Positions 19,427-29,748 of a DNA stretch of 64,000 nucleotides are shown here, piece by piece. Source of the DNA: Nematocida ausubeli (lineage: Eukaryota); the NCBI RefSeq assembly GCF_000738915.1, contig NW_026515634.1:661156-725155 (forward strand), given 5' to 3'. The notes beneath the pieces were generated by a model, which worked only from the letters and a program-made list of their open reading frames with translations, did no database searches and was not told the origin of the DNA. The stretch's first letter is position 1, and each line of letters opens with the position of its first letter. The position numbers were made by a program, and so were the translations under genes.

Positions 19427-22126
19427 ATGATCAACAAACTAATCCTAAACCTAATGATGGTACAGAGCATCATTGCAAGAGTTAGCATGGAGGCTATAAA
19501 GAAAGTGAACGAAATTCCGATTGGTGAGACGAAAGATGTATTTATTAACCCAGAAGGGCCTCTGTGCCTGCTGCGAGGATACATTGGAGACCGAAGCGGA
19601 CACATGTACAACAAACGGTTTTATTCACCTGAGATACACACAGACTATGCATTGACTAAGAAAGGAATATCTGATGCAAACGAACAGGAGTATCAATTTG
19701 AAAGAAATCCAGTGAAAGACAGGGTATACAAAGACATAGCTACACAGGCCCCCAATGGGGAGTATCTTAGCACATACCATGCGCAGATGATAAAGATGTT
19801 TCCGTCTGTAGATGGAAACCTTTCAATTGAGGCAGGTAGACCAACTGCAATTACGAACTTCTTAAGAGCAGATCACGTTAAAGAAGATGCTAAGTATATC
19901 CTTGCTGCACTTCTTCTTCTCTCAGAGGGTGTTGACATTAAAATAGCAGTAGACCACACGGGAAATAAAAAGAAGCTTCTCATAAACAGCAAGACAGTCG
20001 AAGGGAAGGTATTTGCAAATATAGAGTTGTACATGGCAGGTATAGATCCAGCCAAAGATGAGTACAAAGAAAACATTCCCCAAAATGAGACAGCTGAAAT
20101 TGTCAACTTCTATTTGCGCTGCAGAGACAAGAAATACCTAAGGAAAGGAGGCGATTTTGGAATGCCTGCTAATAAAGAAGAATTTGAAAGTGGAAAGTTT
20201 CTGAACAATGCAGGCTTTCTTATACAGACGTACATATACGAGTTCATTGACACAGTGGAGGCTTATACAAGCCTTGCGAATGCAGTGCACGAATTACTTG
20301 TAGACCAAATGACTGATAAAGGAAACCCAGATGAGAACACTAATAAGAAAGACAAGAAGGGAAGAATATTCGATGAGTTTTTTCTGAAAAAAGAAGCATT
20401 TGATGAAAGCAAAAAATACATTACGTCTTTCTATGATCTGGTGAGGGCCACCAACGAAGATGCTAAACTTCCCTTCTATAGTGTTAGTCAGCTGCCACAG
20501 TACACTAGAGTGCCGTCTTTAAAACTAGACAGATCTGGCTTTAATTTAGACCAAGCCTCACGCTACAGCGACTGTGTGGAGACAGGCCTTCTTGGTCTAT
20601 TCTGCTGTCTGGCATACAACCCAGATGCAAGAAGGTACGAAACCAGTCACATGGGAGATAAAATAAGTAAAGAATTAAAGGCGTTCTTTAAAAAGTATCC
20701 TGAGCCAACTGAAACTGTTGACTTTAAAATGCACATGGAGTGGGCTAGAGTTGTTGCAGGCTTGGAGAGCGACAAGATTGACTACAAGAGAGAGAAAAAT
20801 GAACTTCGTTCTGGGCTTATGAATATACTTCTGGTAATTGCAGAAATAACAGGAGAAGAAGAATCTATAATGGAGCTAATTCAGTATATAGAAGAATGCA
20901 CTCCAGGGAATTTAAGCAGTGAAGCCACCATTGCAGTTACAGATATGATGGAGGAAATTATTACACGGTTATCGTATAATAAGGATCTAAGCGTAGAATG
21001 CGACAGAGTAGTTCTTGGGAAAAGAACAGGTGGAAAAGATGATATTTTATGTGAAATTAGAATTGCCTATATATTTGATGATGCAGAGTGTGGAATCAAT
21101 CTATATATAGATAAGGGACATACGACTCTTAATCTTTTCCAAGTGGAAGTAGAAGAGTCCTTCGATGTTAGCGAAAAATACGAAGAAGTAATCGATATTT
21201 TCGGTAAAATGAATAGTTACATAGGATATATTGCTACTAGGTACGCTAATACCGAGCTATCTAATTCAGGCAAAAGCACTGAAACGATCTTTTCTGAACA
21301 GAAAGATGCCATAGAGAAAATCATAAAAACCAGTGAATTTAGTCAGATTCCCAGAATATTCTTAACACAAAGGATTACTGATTCTTGCTGTAAGGAGCAT
21401 ATTATGGACAAATTTATACTATACTCAATAAAACAAGAGATCTCAGAAAATGATCCTGCAACACGCTTTACTGCAAATATCTTAGGAAGTGTTCCACTGG
21501 ATGACGGCAGAACAATGGAGAGACTGGTGAAAATGTTCTTCTACAGTGCAAACTGGCAGACATACTACCCAAGTCTTGGGTTTAAGCCATCTGAGAATCT
21601 ACCAAAAAAGAAATACTTCATTACAGACATGGGGTTCGCATATAAGAGTATATTAAAAGAAAAATCAGTTGATCTTGCAATCAACTCCGTTATAAACTAT
21701 ATAACAATGGACACAGATAAAGAGTTTGATATATGCGATGTACTGACTAAGGAAAATATATTTATATCTTTATTTGGTCTCCTGCAAGACAAACAAGAAA
21801 TAGAAGCACTTAAAAGGTTTAAAACCGCATTTGAGAAGTACAGAGACCCAAAGAATTCAGAATCCATTGATAACTTGTATATCTCTTGGTTTATATATAC
21901 ATGTTCAAATTATAGAAATAATTTGAATTTCATTCAAGTGGTTTACAACCTCATGAACTTTGATGGTTTAAATCCTGACAATGAAAAACCCAGTGCATGG
22001 TTCACTGACCGCAGTTTTGCTTTAGACACTCTAAAAGAGAAAAAAGCCCTGCTGTGCTCAGAAACTGACAAAGAAAGCATGAAAAACTACAACAAAGCAG
22101 TGGATTTCTTTACACCTACCTACTAA
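19427..22126 (+). CDS. Nematocida large gene family (NemLGF1-type) secreted protein, canonical member
   Basis: Signal-peptide-like MINKLILNLMMVQSIIA; INPEGPL.LLRGYI, NKRFYSP, MFPS.DG.LSI, LLLLSEG, FLIQTYI and DCVETGLLGLFCCLAY motifs. Confidence 0.85.
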   Translation: MINKLILNLMMVQSIIARVSMEAIKKVNEIPIGETKDVFINPEGPLCLLRGYIGDRSGHMYNKRFYSPEIHTDYALTKKGISDANEQEYQFERNPVKDRVYKDIATQAPNGEYLSTYHAQMIKMFPSVDGNLSIEAGRPTAITNFLRADHVKEDAKYILAALLLLSEGVDIKIAVDHTGNKKKLLINSKTVEGKVFANIELYMAGIDPAKDEYKENIPQNETAEIVNFYLRCRDKKYLRKGGDFGMPANKEEFESGKFLNNAGFLIQTYIYEFIDTVEAYTSLANAVHELLVDQMTDKGNPDENTNKKDKKGRIFDEFFLKKEAFDESKKYITSFYDLVRATNEDAKLPFYSVSQLPQYTRVPSLKLDRSGFNLDQASRYSDCVETGLLGLFCCLAYNPDARRYETSHMGDKISKELKAFFKKYPEPTETVDFKMHMEWARVVAGLESDKIDYKREKNELRSGLMNILLVIAEITGEEESIMELIQYIEECTPGNLSSEATIAVTDMMEEIITRLSYNKDLSVECDRVVLGKRTGGKDDILCEIRIAYIFDDAECGINLYIDKGHTTLNLFQVEVEESFDVSEKYEEVIDIFGKMNSYIGYIATRYANTELSNSGKSTETIFSEQKDAIEKIIKTSEFSQIPRIFLTQRITDSCCKEHIMDKFILYSIKQEISENDPATRFTANILGSVPLDDGRTMERLVKMFFYSANWQTYYPSLGFKPSENLPKKKYFITDMGFAYKSILKEKSVDLAINSVINYITMDTDKEFDICDVLTKENIFISLFGLLQDKQEIEALKRFKTAFEKYRDPKNSESIDNLYISWFIYTCSNYRNNLNFIQVVYNLMNFDGLNPDNEKPSAWFTDRSFALDTLKEKKALLCSETDKESMKNYNKAVDFFTPTY

Positions 22127-22365
22127 AATTGAACAAATACTATGAATAAACAGTGCAGTCACGTACTTTAGTCACCAAGAAATTTCAATATATTCAAAAT
22201 AAACTTATATGATGATTTACGCTATATTTTAGCACCAAAATAAGACATAATTCTATTAAATCCAGATTATATCCCAATACACTCTAATACCCCAAATAAA
22301 TCCTATTAAATTCCCTCTTCTCCATACATATAAATATATAAATATATAAATTCCTTTTATTTCCG

Positions 22366-22824
22366 TTATAACAGTCTTAAGTGCCCAGTGACTACGTCTA
22401 TTTCATCTTCATACCATGGCCCAATAAATGTGACTGTGTGAGTATTTGGCTCCACCTGTGTCCTTCCTGCATCTATTATTGAAGTATATGGGATCCTAAG
22501 TTTCTTCACTTTTCTGACTATTTCCTTAAGCTCCTCTTCTGTCTCTACCTTTAAGGATGTCTTTTTGAATCCATTGTACTTCCATATGCTGTTAAGTGGA
22601 TTTTCCTGTGTGGCTGCCTGGTATGCAGCATGCATGGCCTGTGCCACAATCTTGCCCTTTCCCATTTTCAAGTCATTCCGGACAACTAAGACCCCCTTCA
22701 CAGGCCGTGTCCCATCTACCACTATCTTTTTCATCTTCATAACAGATGCACTCCTGCCCACCAAAATAAACACAAGAACCAAAGACAGTCCAAGGAATAT
22801 GCTAAGAATAATCCATAGAGGCAT
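22366..22824 (-). CDS. PTH2: Peptidyl-tRNA hydrolase 2
   Basis: N-terminal TM; VVRNDLKMGKGKIVAQAMHAA, DAGRTQV and IGP...ID.VTGHLRLL motifs. Confidence 0.95.
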   Translation of the reverse strand: MPLWIILSIFLGLSLVLVFILVGRSASVMKMKKIVVDGTRPVKGVLVVRNDLKMGKGKIVAQAMHAAYQAATQENPLNSIWKYNGFKKTSLKVETEEELKEIVRKVKKLRIPYTSIIDAGRTQVEPNTHTVTFIGPWYEDEIDVVTGHLRLL

Positions 22825-22936
22825 AAAATATTTTAAAGGATTTTCATAGTATAAGGCAATAGACAAAGTCAATTTAAAGAGACATTACAGTCAAGGAATA
22901 GTAGTAGATAAGGATATTTATCAAAGTTGGTTTATT

Positions 22937-23190
22937 TTTATCACTTTATGTGAATGTCTTTGGTGACTGCATCTTGCTTATTAATACTAGATATATTTCT
23001 TACTATTATTGACATATTCTACTTCTATTAATATTCTCTATCCATCCACTAGAATAGTCTTCTAGTACTAAGAATATTTCAAAGAGTGAAAATAAGAGTG
23101 AAAATATTCTTGATGAATTTAAAGTGAAAGTCTTTTGGTCTCAGAATAACCATGAGATATTTTATCATATTACCATATACTCCAGATATA
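22937..23190 (+). repeat. Dispersed ~250-bp non-coding repeat, copy 1
   Basis: Colinear similarity to 26617-26840 and 41310-41455 (TTTATCACTTTATGTGAAT...TAGTCTTCTAGTA..GAATATTTCA..GAGTGAAA...GATATTTTA). Confidence 0.85.
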
Positions 23191-23333
23191 TTTAGTAATC
23201 ACCATTATACACGTCAAATTATTTCAGTTTTATTCATATAACCCACTATAAACTCACAAGAAATCAAGGTGAAAAATAAAATACATATGAAGCAATAATA
23301 CAGTTTATTTATTCAGTTACACCAGGATATATT

Positions 23334-23624
23334 TCATATTCTGAAGTATGGATTTATTATATCCTCCAAGAATAAATCTGTGTCTTTATGAATCTCTTCA
23401 ATATTCTCCAGCAGATACTCTTCATATGGATATGCATTTTCTATTTCTTCCGGAGTAGAAGAATCTGCGAGACTGCATGAGAATCCATTTGCAAGACCAT
23501 CTGATAGATCTGCATCCAGTGCAGTCTTTATCTTCTTTGTTTTTGTATCTTGCACTACTGAATTTGTCTTGTCCTTCAATGGGATCTGCTGTCTCTCTCT
23601 CCCTGGCATTTTATTTTCTTTCAT
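23334..23624 (-). CDS. Small protein, putative securin (Pds1/Cut2/PTTG-like)
   Basis: 96 aa: KEN box at residues 2-4, D-box-like RQQIPLKDKTN, basic N-half, acidic C-half and PEEIENAYPY motif. Confidence 0.55.
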   Translation of the reverse strand: MKENKMPGRERQQIPLKDKTNSVVQDTKTKKIKTALDADLSDGLANGFSCSLADSSTPEEIENAYPYEEYLLENIEEIHKDTDLFLEDIINPYFRI

Positions 23625-23637
23625 TTTAGTATTTATC

Positions 23638-24255
23638 CTAATAGAAGTTTTCTTTTGGGACAATGTACTCTACGCCTGTGGATGTCCTGACAGAATAATA
23701 AGATCCAATGACTTTCAAGAGTTCTACAGTCTCGCCCTTCCTTATATAAATAGTCCCATTGTATATAAAATCACATTTTGCCCTCATATGCTTATTCTCT
23801 GTGCTCACTCCAATTGGTGGCATTCTTATCTCACCACTCCCATACCTTCTGCGCACCAGGGATTTATTCCTTAATTCTCTTCTCCTTTTATTTCGCATGT
23901 ACCATTTGCTGGCGTACAGGATTCCTTCGAATAAAGAACAGATTAGGTACAGTGAAACTGCAAGAATTGACTTTCCATCAAAGTCCTTCTGTATGAGGAA
24001 GAATATTCCTACGAATATGCTCATGGTAAAAGAGACAAAATACACTGACGCATTAAACATTCTCCTGAGACGGGATGGCATAGAGACAAAAAATGGCAGA
24101 AAGAAGGGTAGTAAGTGCAATATGCAAGAGATAAAGGGAAAGAGGGTTTGAATTAATTTGTAGAAGAAAGTCTTCTGACTCAAATAGAACCTCAAACTAA
24201 CTAATATTGACACAATGCCAACCACTAAAGAGACTTGTGTTTCCTTTAAGTACAT
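23638..24255 (-). CDS. Four-TM membrane protein with C-terminal SH3 domain (Sho1-like architecture)
   Basis: Four hydrophobic helices in the first ~115 aa; C-terminal RAKCDF...IRKGETVELL...YYSVR..G..YIVPKENF is SH3-like. Confidence 0.65.
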   Translation of the reverse strand: MYLKETQVSLVVGIVSILVSLRFYLSQKTFFYKLIQTLFPFISCILHLLPFFLPFFVSMPSRLRRMFNASVYFVSFTMSIFVGIFFLIQKDFDGKSILAVSLYLICSLFEGILYASKWYMRNKRRRELRNKSLVRRRYGSGEIRMPPIGVSTENKHMRAKCDFIYNGTIYIRKGETVELLKVIGSYYSVRTSTGVEYIVPKENFY

Positions 24256-24295
24256 TCTGCTGAGTTATTCAGGGGCTAGAAAATGTTTAATTTAT

Positions 24296-25480
24296 TCACT
24301 TACTTGGTTGGTCTTTGATTAGATTAAGAAACCGAGACGGAGTAATTCTATTTATAGCAGAAATAACTGCATTTCCTTCATCAATTGGTAATTTCCTTCT
24401 GATTTCATCCTTTAGGAATTGTTGTAGATTATTTGCGATTACTTCTAGTTCTTCAGATGGCACCTTGTTCTTATAGATTAATTTGGAAATTTCTTTCATT
24501 CTTCTGAGAATATCCAAGGGGACACCGACTCTTTTCATTGGCTCAACTGCTGTGACTTTGAATATGGGTGGCTGTAATTGGACAATATTTAGGGGGTTAT
24601 TTACTGGTTGGCTTATTTTGTTGTGTTGTACTTGGTTTATATCTGGGTTATATTGAGTTTCTTTGGATTTTTCTGGTAAATTTGTCTGTTGAGTGTCTTG
24701 TCTTATATCCTGTGGGTTTATATGAGACTGGTTGTTTGTGCTTACTGGAGTGGTTGCAGTGCTGTGGTTTAATAGTTTGACTAGGTCTGGGTTTATTAGG
24801 CTGTCTTTTTTGAGTGATTTTGCCTTTTGTTTTTCCTTTATGGTCTCTTCCTTAATGGAAATCTCCTGCAGTAGCATTGATCTTACATTTACTCTTTCAA
24901 TTTGACTAATTTGTCTACCAAGTATCCGGAATATTTCCAGGTCTACTTCATTTTCTTGTGAATTTGCCATAAGATATCCAGTGTAAAAGTAATTTACGAA
25001 TAATCTAAAGGTAATATTTAGGTTAAAGAAGGCATTCATGGCAATTCTGTTGGAAATAAGGAACTTTGCCTTCTCACTGCTAGATGGTTGTTCTAGTCTT
25101 TGGATTTCTTCTATTTTAATGTTCTTTAGTAATACTTCTCCAAATATTTTGTAGAATATTTTGTGCTCTGACTCGTTAATATTCTTATATGTATTTTGCA
25201 GTTGAATATTCTTCTTAATTGCATTTGATAGTTCTTCCTTACTTATCATTCGTCTACTCTTTATCACTTCTTGAATTGACTTTAAATCTTCTTCCTCCAA
25301 GGACGACAATTTGTGCACTTTCTTCTCATGAAGTATTATTTCCAAGCCTGTAGGAAGAATCTGTGATGTGTCAATTTCATTGAGATCAATTATTTCTGTT
25401 GCAGTTGATATTTTCATGTACTTCCTGTCCACTGCCACCAAAGACCTTTTCTCATCCAATTTACACTCAAAGACCTTCAT
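24296..25480 (-). CDS. Hypothetical protein, possibly TFIIH p62/Tfb1-like
   Basis: N-terminal beta-rich PH-like region, two BSD-like helical segments, a low-complexity linker and a C-terminal helical bundle. The architecture resemblance is by eye only. Confidence 0.4.
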   Translation of the reverse strand: MKVFECKLDEKRSLVAVDRKYMKISTATEIIDLNEIDTSQILPTGLEIILHEKKVHKLSSLEEEDLKSIQEVIKSRRMISKEELSNAIKKNIQLQNTYKNINESEHKIFYKIFGEVLLKNIKIEEIQRLEQPSSSEKAKFLISNRIAMNAFFNLNITFRLFVNYFYTGYLMANSQENEVDLEIFRILGRQISQIERVNVRSMLLQEISIKEETIKEKQKAKSLKKDSLINPDLVKLLNHSTATTPVSTNNQSHINPQDIRQDTQQTNLPEKSKETQYNPDINQVQHNKISQPVNNPLNIVQLQPPIFKVTAVEPMKRVGVPLDILRRMKEISKLIYKNKVPSEELEVIANNLQQFLKDEIRRKLPIDEGNAVISAINRITPSRFLNLIKDQPSK

Positions 25481-25679
25481 GGAAAATAAAAATATTCTAT
25501 TATAATTACTTCATTGTAAGTATACTGGAATATAGTGTAATGGAATGAAGTTTAATGAAATGGAGTATTTAACGGATTTTATTCGGGTTATATTCAAGTT
25601 ATTTTCAGGTTATTCGGGTTATATTAGGGTTATATTTGGACTTTATTAAGATTTTAACGTATTTTATTCAAGTTATATT

Positions 25680-25810
25680 CAAGTTTTAACAGATTTCATT
25701 AAGATTTTAACAGATTTCATTAAGATTTCAACATATTTTAACAGATTTCATTAAGATTTCAACGGTTTTTATTAAGATTTCAATGGGTTTCAACATATTT
25801 CATTAAGACA
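25680..25810. repeat. ~21-bp tandem repeat (AACAGATTTCATTAAGATTTT)
   Basis: About five copies, the first ones near-exact. Confidence 0.8.
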
Positions 25811-25882
25811 ATAAACATTCAGGATATAAATACGTTAAAGATACGTTAATGAATTCTTCTTTATTCAGTGGTAGTCTGCAGA

Positions 25883-26350
25883 CTATTTCGCAGGCTCTGG
25901 TAAAGATGGAATAATTTCCCTGTCTGATGCTTTTCCTTCTTCTAAATCTACTTCTATCTTGCCATTTTCTATTTTTACGGACTTAATCCTTCTGTTAGGA
26001 TTAATTGTAAAACAGACACATCCTTCTTCTTGGCTGCATTCCTTATAGGAGTCTTCGTCTACTTTCTTCTCTTTTTTATATTGTATTTTTACTTCTCCAC
26101 CCTCTCCTCGTTTAATTTCCGTTATTTTCACATCACTAGGGGAAATGTCCTTTGGCAAACACATCTTATAGTTCATTTGCTCCTGGCCCTGGACTGCTTG
26201 ATTCTGCGGGTCATTTGTGCAGACTTTTGTGCAGTCACCAGGTGGACATGGGCTGCTCATACCAGCAGACCCTGTGCTATTGCAGTTATTATTATTGTTG
26301 TTGTTGCAGTTATTATTATTGCAGTTGTTATTGTTACAGTTATTAACCAT
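25883..26350 (-). CDS. Divergent small heat-shock / alpha-crystallin-like protein with N-terminal Asn/Cys repeat
   Basis: Y...LP....SDVKI, VKI, F.I and SVKIENGKIEV (like A..ENGVL.I) strands plus a C-terminal REII (IxI-like) motif; (CNNNN)n N-terminus. Confidence 0.55.
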   Translation of the reverse strand: MVNNCNNNNCNNNNCNNNNNNNCNSTGSAGMSSPCPPGDCTKVCTNDPQNQAVQGQEQMNYKMCLPKDISPSDVKITEIKRGEGGEVKIQYKKEKKVDEDSYKECSQEEGCVCFTINPNRRIKSVKIENGKIEVDLEEGKASDREIIPSLPEPAK

Positions 26351-26616
26351 ATTTCATTTAATTTTGGTTATATTTATAGATTAATTGACCAATAACTGTC
26401 TGTTTCATGCCCCTTAGAATGGACTAATTAACCCCAGGGGTTATATAACACATAGGACAATGTAGCATAAATATCACATGAAACTACATAATATTATGAC
26501 ACATTTCATCATTAATTCTCGTTGTATTTTGGATGAAAGTGTCCAAAATGTAGTAATATTTCAGACAAAATAGTAATTTATAACCGTAGATAGGACTATT
26601 TACTGTGTATGTTATA

Positions 26617-26840
26617 TTTATCACTTTATGTGAATATCTTTAGTGACTGTATTCCTTCTTATTAATACTGTATATATTTCTTACTTTTGTCATATTCTAC
26701 TTCTTTTAATATTTTTTCATAACTAGTAGAATAGTCTTCTAGTACGGAGAATATTTCAGAGTGAAATTAAGAGTGAAAATATTCTTAATGAATTTTTGGG
26801 ATTGAGATATTTTACCATATTAGCATATATCCCAGATATA
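26617..26840 (+). repeat. Dispersed ~250-bp non-coding repeat, copy 2
   Basis: Colinear with 22937-23190. Confidence 0.85.
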
Positions 26841-27057
26841 TCACACATTCTTAGTCTAGTAATATGAATATTTCTGTCTGTTTATTCTTGCACTTTTGTT
26901 GAGTGCTGTGGTATTTTGTATTTCATGAAAATCACTCATGAATGGACTACAAGGGGATGAATTAAAATAAAAATAAATATTCCAGATATAATCTTAATTG
27001 TGGTAATATGAATTTATTATTGCAATCCACCAAGAGAATTCTATTCGTCTGGGTTTA

Positions 27058-29748
27058 CTAGATTGTCCTTCTGCCTGTGGGCTTTGACTTTTCTGCCTGG
27101 ATTGCCTTGTCCTGGAGTCTTTCAAAATAACTCATGAGACAATCGTCTTTTTCGCTTAACTTCTTGTTCATTCTACTAAGGGTGTACAGTACCCTCTTAT
27201 AATTATCCTTTGTTACCTTTGAATTTATAGTTTCCTTTGGGATTTCTTTAATAAGGTCGTATGAAATTCTGATTCTTTTTGGGCAGGGTGGATTACTTTC
27301 GCATGCCAGCACAAAGAAGTCCATCAGAATGTTTTCTAATTCATTTGATGCTTTTGGTAAATATTTCTTAAATATTTCAATGAAATTATTTGCGTACAGT
27401 GCTTTTTTATATTTAAATAAACAGATGTACAGGTTTAGATTGCTAAATCTTGGATAAAATGGAGAATATTTTGTCATATAACAGAAAGTATCAAAGCATA
27501 TCAAAAATACCTTTGGATCTTCAGTTAGTGCATAATTAAAGATTGACTGCATTGATTGGGAGAGAAGTACTTCCTGGTAGTACGTGTCAATTGCAGATTT
27601 ATCCGTGTCTGTTGTATAGTTGAAAATATTCGAGTTTTGGTCTTTTAAGTTTAGTGCGTAAATTATAGGTACTATAAGTGCCTTGCACCGCATCCTCCAG
27701 TTCTGCAGTTCAGTGCTTGCAAGTAAATTTATACCCAACTGTATTAAAATATGACCAGGAGCAAGATCCTTCTTAATTCCCTGCATAAATATGAAGATAA
27801 TCAGGTCTATCTTATAATTAACCTGATTAATCCTGGATAGTTTGAATAATTTGTTAATTTCCGTTATAGTTGGTTTTTTTATAATTGATTCTATACTAGA
27901 GGTAAAATTAACTGGAGAAGACCTATGTTCCTCAATGATTCTATCAATGAAGTCTTGGCATAAGTGATTTATGAAGTAATTCTGGCCCCTCAGAGAATTC
28001 TTTATCTTAAAGTATTTCTTCATTGTCTGGCTTACAAAAGGGTCTTTGTATGCAGTGAAAATATATGTGAAAATTCTTGGCTTCTTACAGGCTGTCTGAA
28101 ATTTGGAAATCTTCGGGTTAATTGTAAACTCAATGGAAACTGCCCCAAAAATATCCAAATTATCACGAGTATCTTTATACTGCAGATCATCAAAAAATAT
28201 TCTTACTCCATCAAAATTATCCGTTAAATTATACAGTAAATCCTGAATGCATGAATTAATTACAAGAGGGTCTTCGTCTTCACCCTTATGGAATTTAGTT
28301 ATAATTTCCGTTAGACCAAACCTCTTCTTAATTTGCAGCAAGTCACACACCATATTAAGACACCCTAGTATACCTGTACTAACTAAATTTAAATTATAGT
28401 TGGAAATTGCCTCAGTGATTGCTTCGTACCATGCATGTCTGCATTCATCCTCATGGAGTACCCTAGGGACCTTATAAATAGAGAAGAATTTCTTAATTAT
28501 TTCAGGTGCATTTTTTATCTTTTCAGTTGAATATCTTTCTGTTTTCAAATCATAAGATATCCAGGCAATTAGACCCAAAATGGAATCCAACTGATTTTCA
28601 TCTTTGTATGCTAGATTGAACTTTTCTTCACTACAGGAAGAGAACCTAGAACTATCACTTCTGCAAGAATCTTCAGAGACTTCAAAGACTTCTTCATCTT
28701 GCACAGTAAGAGAAGACTCCAAGGCACCTGCATAAGAGAACCCTTCTGGTCTATTGTATTCAACAAAGAATCTATTAAGTATCTTAGGAAATTCTTCTTT
28801 CAGCTTAAACTTACACGAAGTCTTAATATTCGAATATGTCTGAAGTAAGTCATAGACGGCTTGGAAGAATAGTTTTGCAGAGTGCATATCTAAATATGCA
28901 TAGAGAAATGACTGTATTAAGAATCTGGGGTTCTCCATGAATGACCCATCTGCGGTTGTATTTTCCGTTAAATTATTTGAAAAAAACTGTTTCTCTGTAA
29001 ATGCAGAAATAATGTCATCTAGTACACTGTAGTACGAGAAACATTTCTGATCTTTTATAAAGCACAAATCAAGTTTGAAGAATTTCTTAGTTCCATCGAT
29101 CGAGGCTAAGGTCAATAACTCAATTGTATCATGGGGTTCCCTGCCTTCTAAATATATTTTTGTATTTTTGTCTTTGTGCCGTATTAAGTGTGTCCCTAGG
29201 CCAACAGGAATTCCTTCTGACATAAGAAGGAGGGAGGCAAGTATGTGGTAGGAGTGCTTTTTTACACTAGGTAGTTGAAGGAATTGACAGAATGTTGCCT
29301 TCCACCGTGCAGATTCATTAATAATTTCTAGTGATTTATTGTGAGACGGGAAAAATCTAAGAAGTGCTTTGTAGTATTTATATCTGGCAGTTATATTTTT
29401 ACTACTAGAGGGCCTTGGGTGGTCTAAGGATGAGGCCCAAGTGAAGCTAAAGGACGGGAAATTTTCGTCTTTCAGAAAAAGAATTTCCATTTGGAAGTCC
29501 AGGAGAATTCCAGGGGAAAAGAATCTTTTGTTATGGATGTACCCCATATAGTGGTGAATATAGCCATGTACTAAGTTTAATGGACCAGAAGGATTAATTC
29601 TAACAGGAATTTCATTAGACCCATTAATGCAGTGGTCTTCTAGTGCTTTCAAATTTGAAAGTGTCATTTGAGTCTTGCAAAGTGCAATGGAAAGGAACAA
29701 GAACCCCATGCACAGCAAGCTATCTATCTGTCTCTTTTGAATTTTCAT
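27058..29748 (-). CDS. NemLGF1-like secreted protein, divergent member
   Basis: Signal-like N-terminus; INPSGPLNLVHGYI, NKRFFSP, FFPS, ILASLLLMSEG and FLIQSF motifs. Confidence 0.8.
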   Translation of the reverse strand: MKIQKRQIDSLLCMGFLFLSIALCKTQMTLSNLKALEDHCINGSNEIPVRINPSGPLNLVHGYIHHYMGYIHNKRFFSPGILLDFQMEILFLKDENFPSFSFTWASSLDHPRPSSSKNITARYKYYKALLRFFPSHNKSLEIINESARWKATFCQFLQLPSVKKHSYHILASLLLMSEGIPVGLGTHLIRHKDKNTKIYLEGREPHDTIELLTLASIDGTKKFFKLDLCFIKDQKCFSYYSVLDDIISAFTEKQFFSNNLTENTTADGSFMENPRFLIQSFLYAYLDMHSAKLFFQAVYDLLQTYSNIKTSCKFKLKEEFPKILNRFFVEYNRPEGFSYAGALESSLTVQDEEVFEVSEDSCRSDSSRFSSCSEEKFNLAYKDENQLDSILGLIAWISYDLKTERYSTEKIKNAPEIIKKFFSIYKVPRVLHEDECRHAWYEAITEAISNYNLNLVSTGILGCLNMVCDLLQIKKRFGLTEIITKFHKGEDEDPLVINSCIQDLLYNLTDNFDGVRIFFDDLQYKDTRDNLDIFGAVSIEFTINPKISKFQTACKKPRIFTYIFTAYKDPFVSQTMKKYFKIKNSLRGQNYFINHLCQDFIDRIIEEHRSSPVNFTSSIESIIKKPTITEINKLFKLSRINQVNYKIDLIIFIFMQGIKKDLAPGHILIQLGINLLASTELQNWRMRCKALIVPIIYALNLKDQNSNIFNYTTDTDKSAIDTYYQEVLLSQSMQSIFNYALTEDPKVFLICFDTFCYMTKYSPFYPRFSNLNLYICLFKYKKALYANNFIEIFKKYLPKASNELENILMDFFVLACESNPPCPKRIRISYDLIKEIPKETINSKVTKDNYKRVLYTLSRMNKKLSEKDDCLMSYFERLQDKAIQAEKSKPTGRRTI

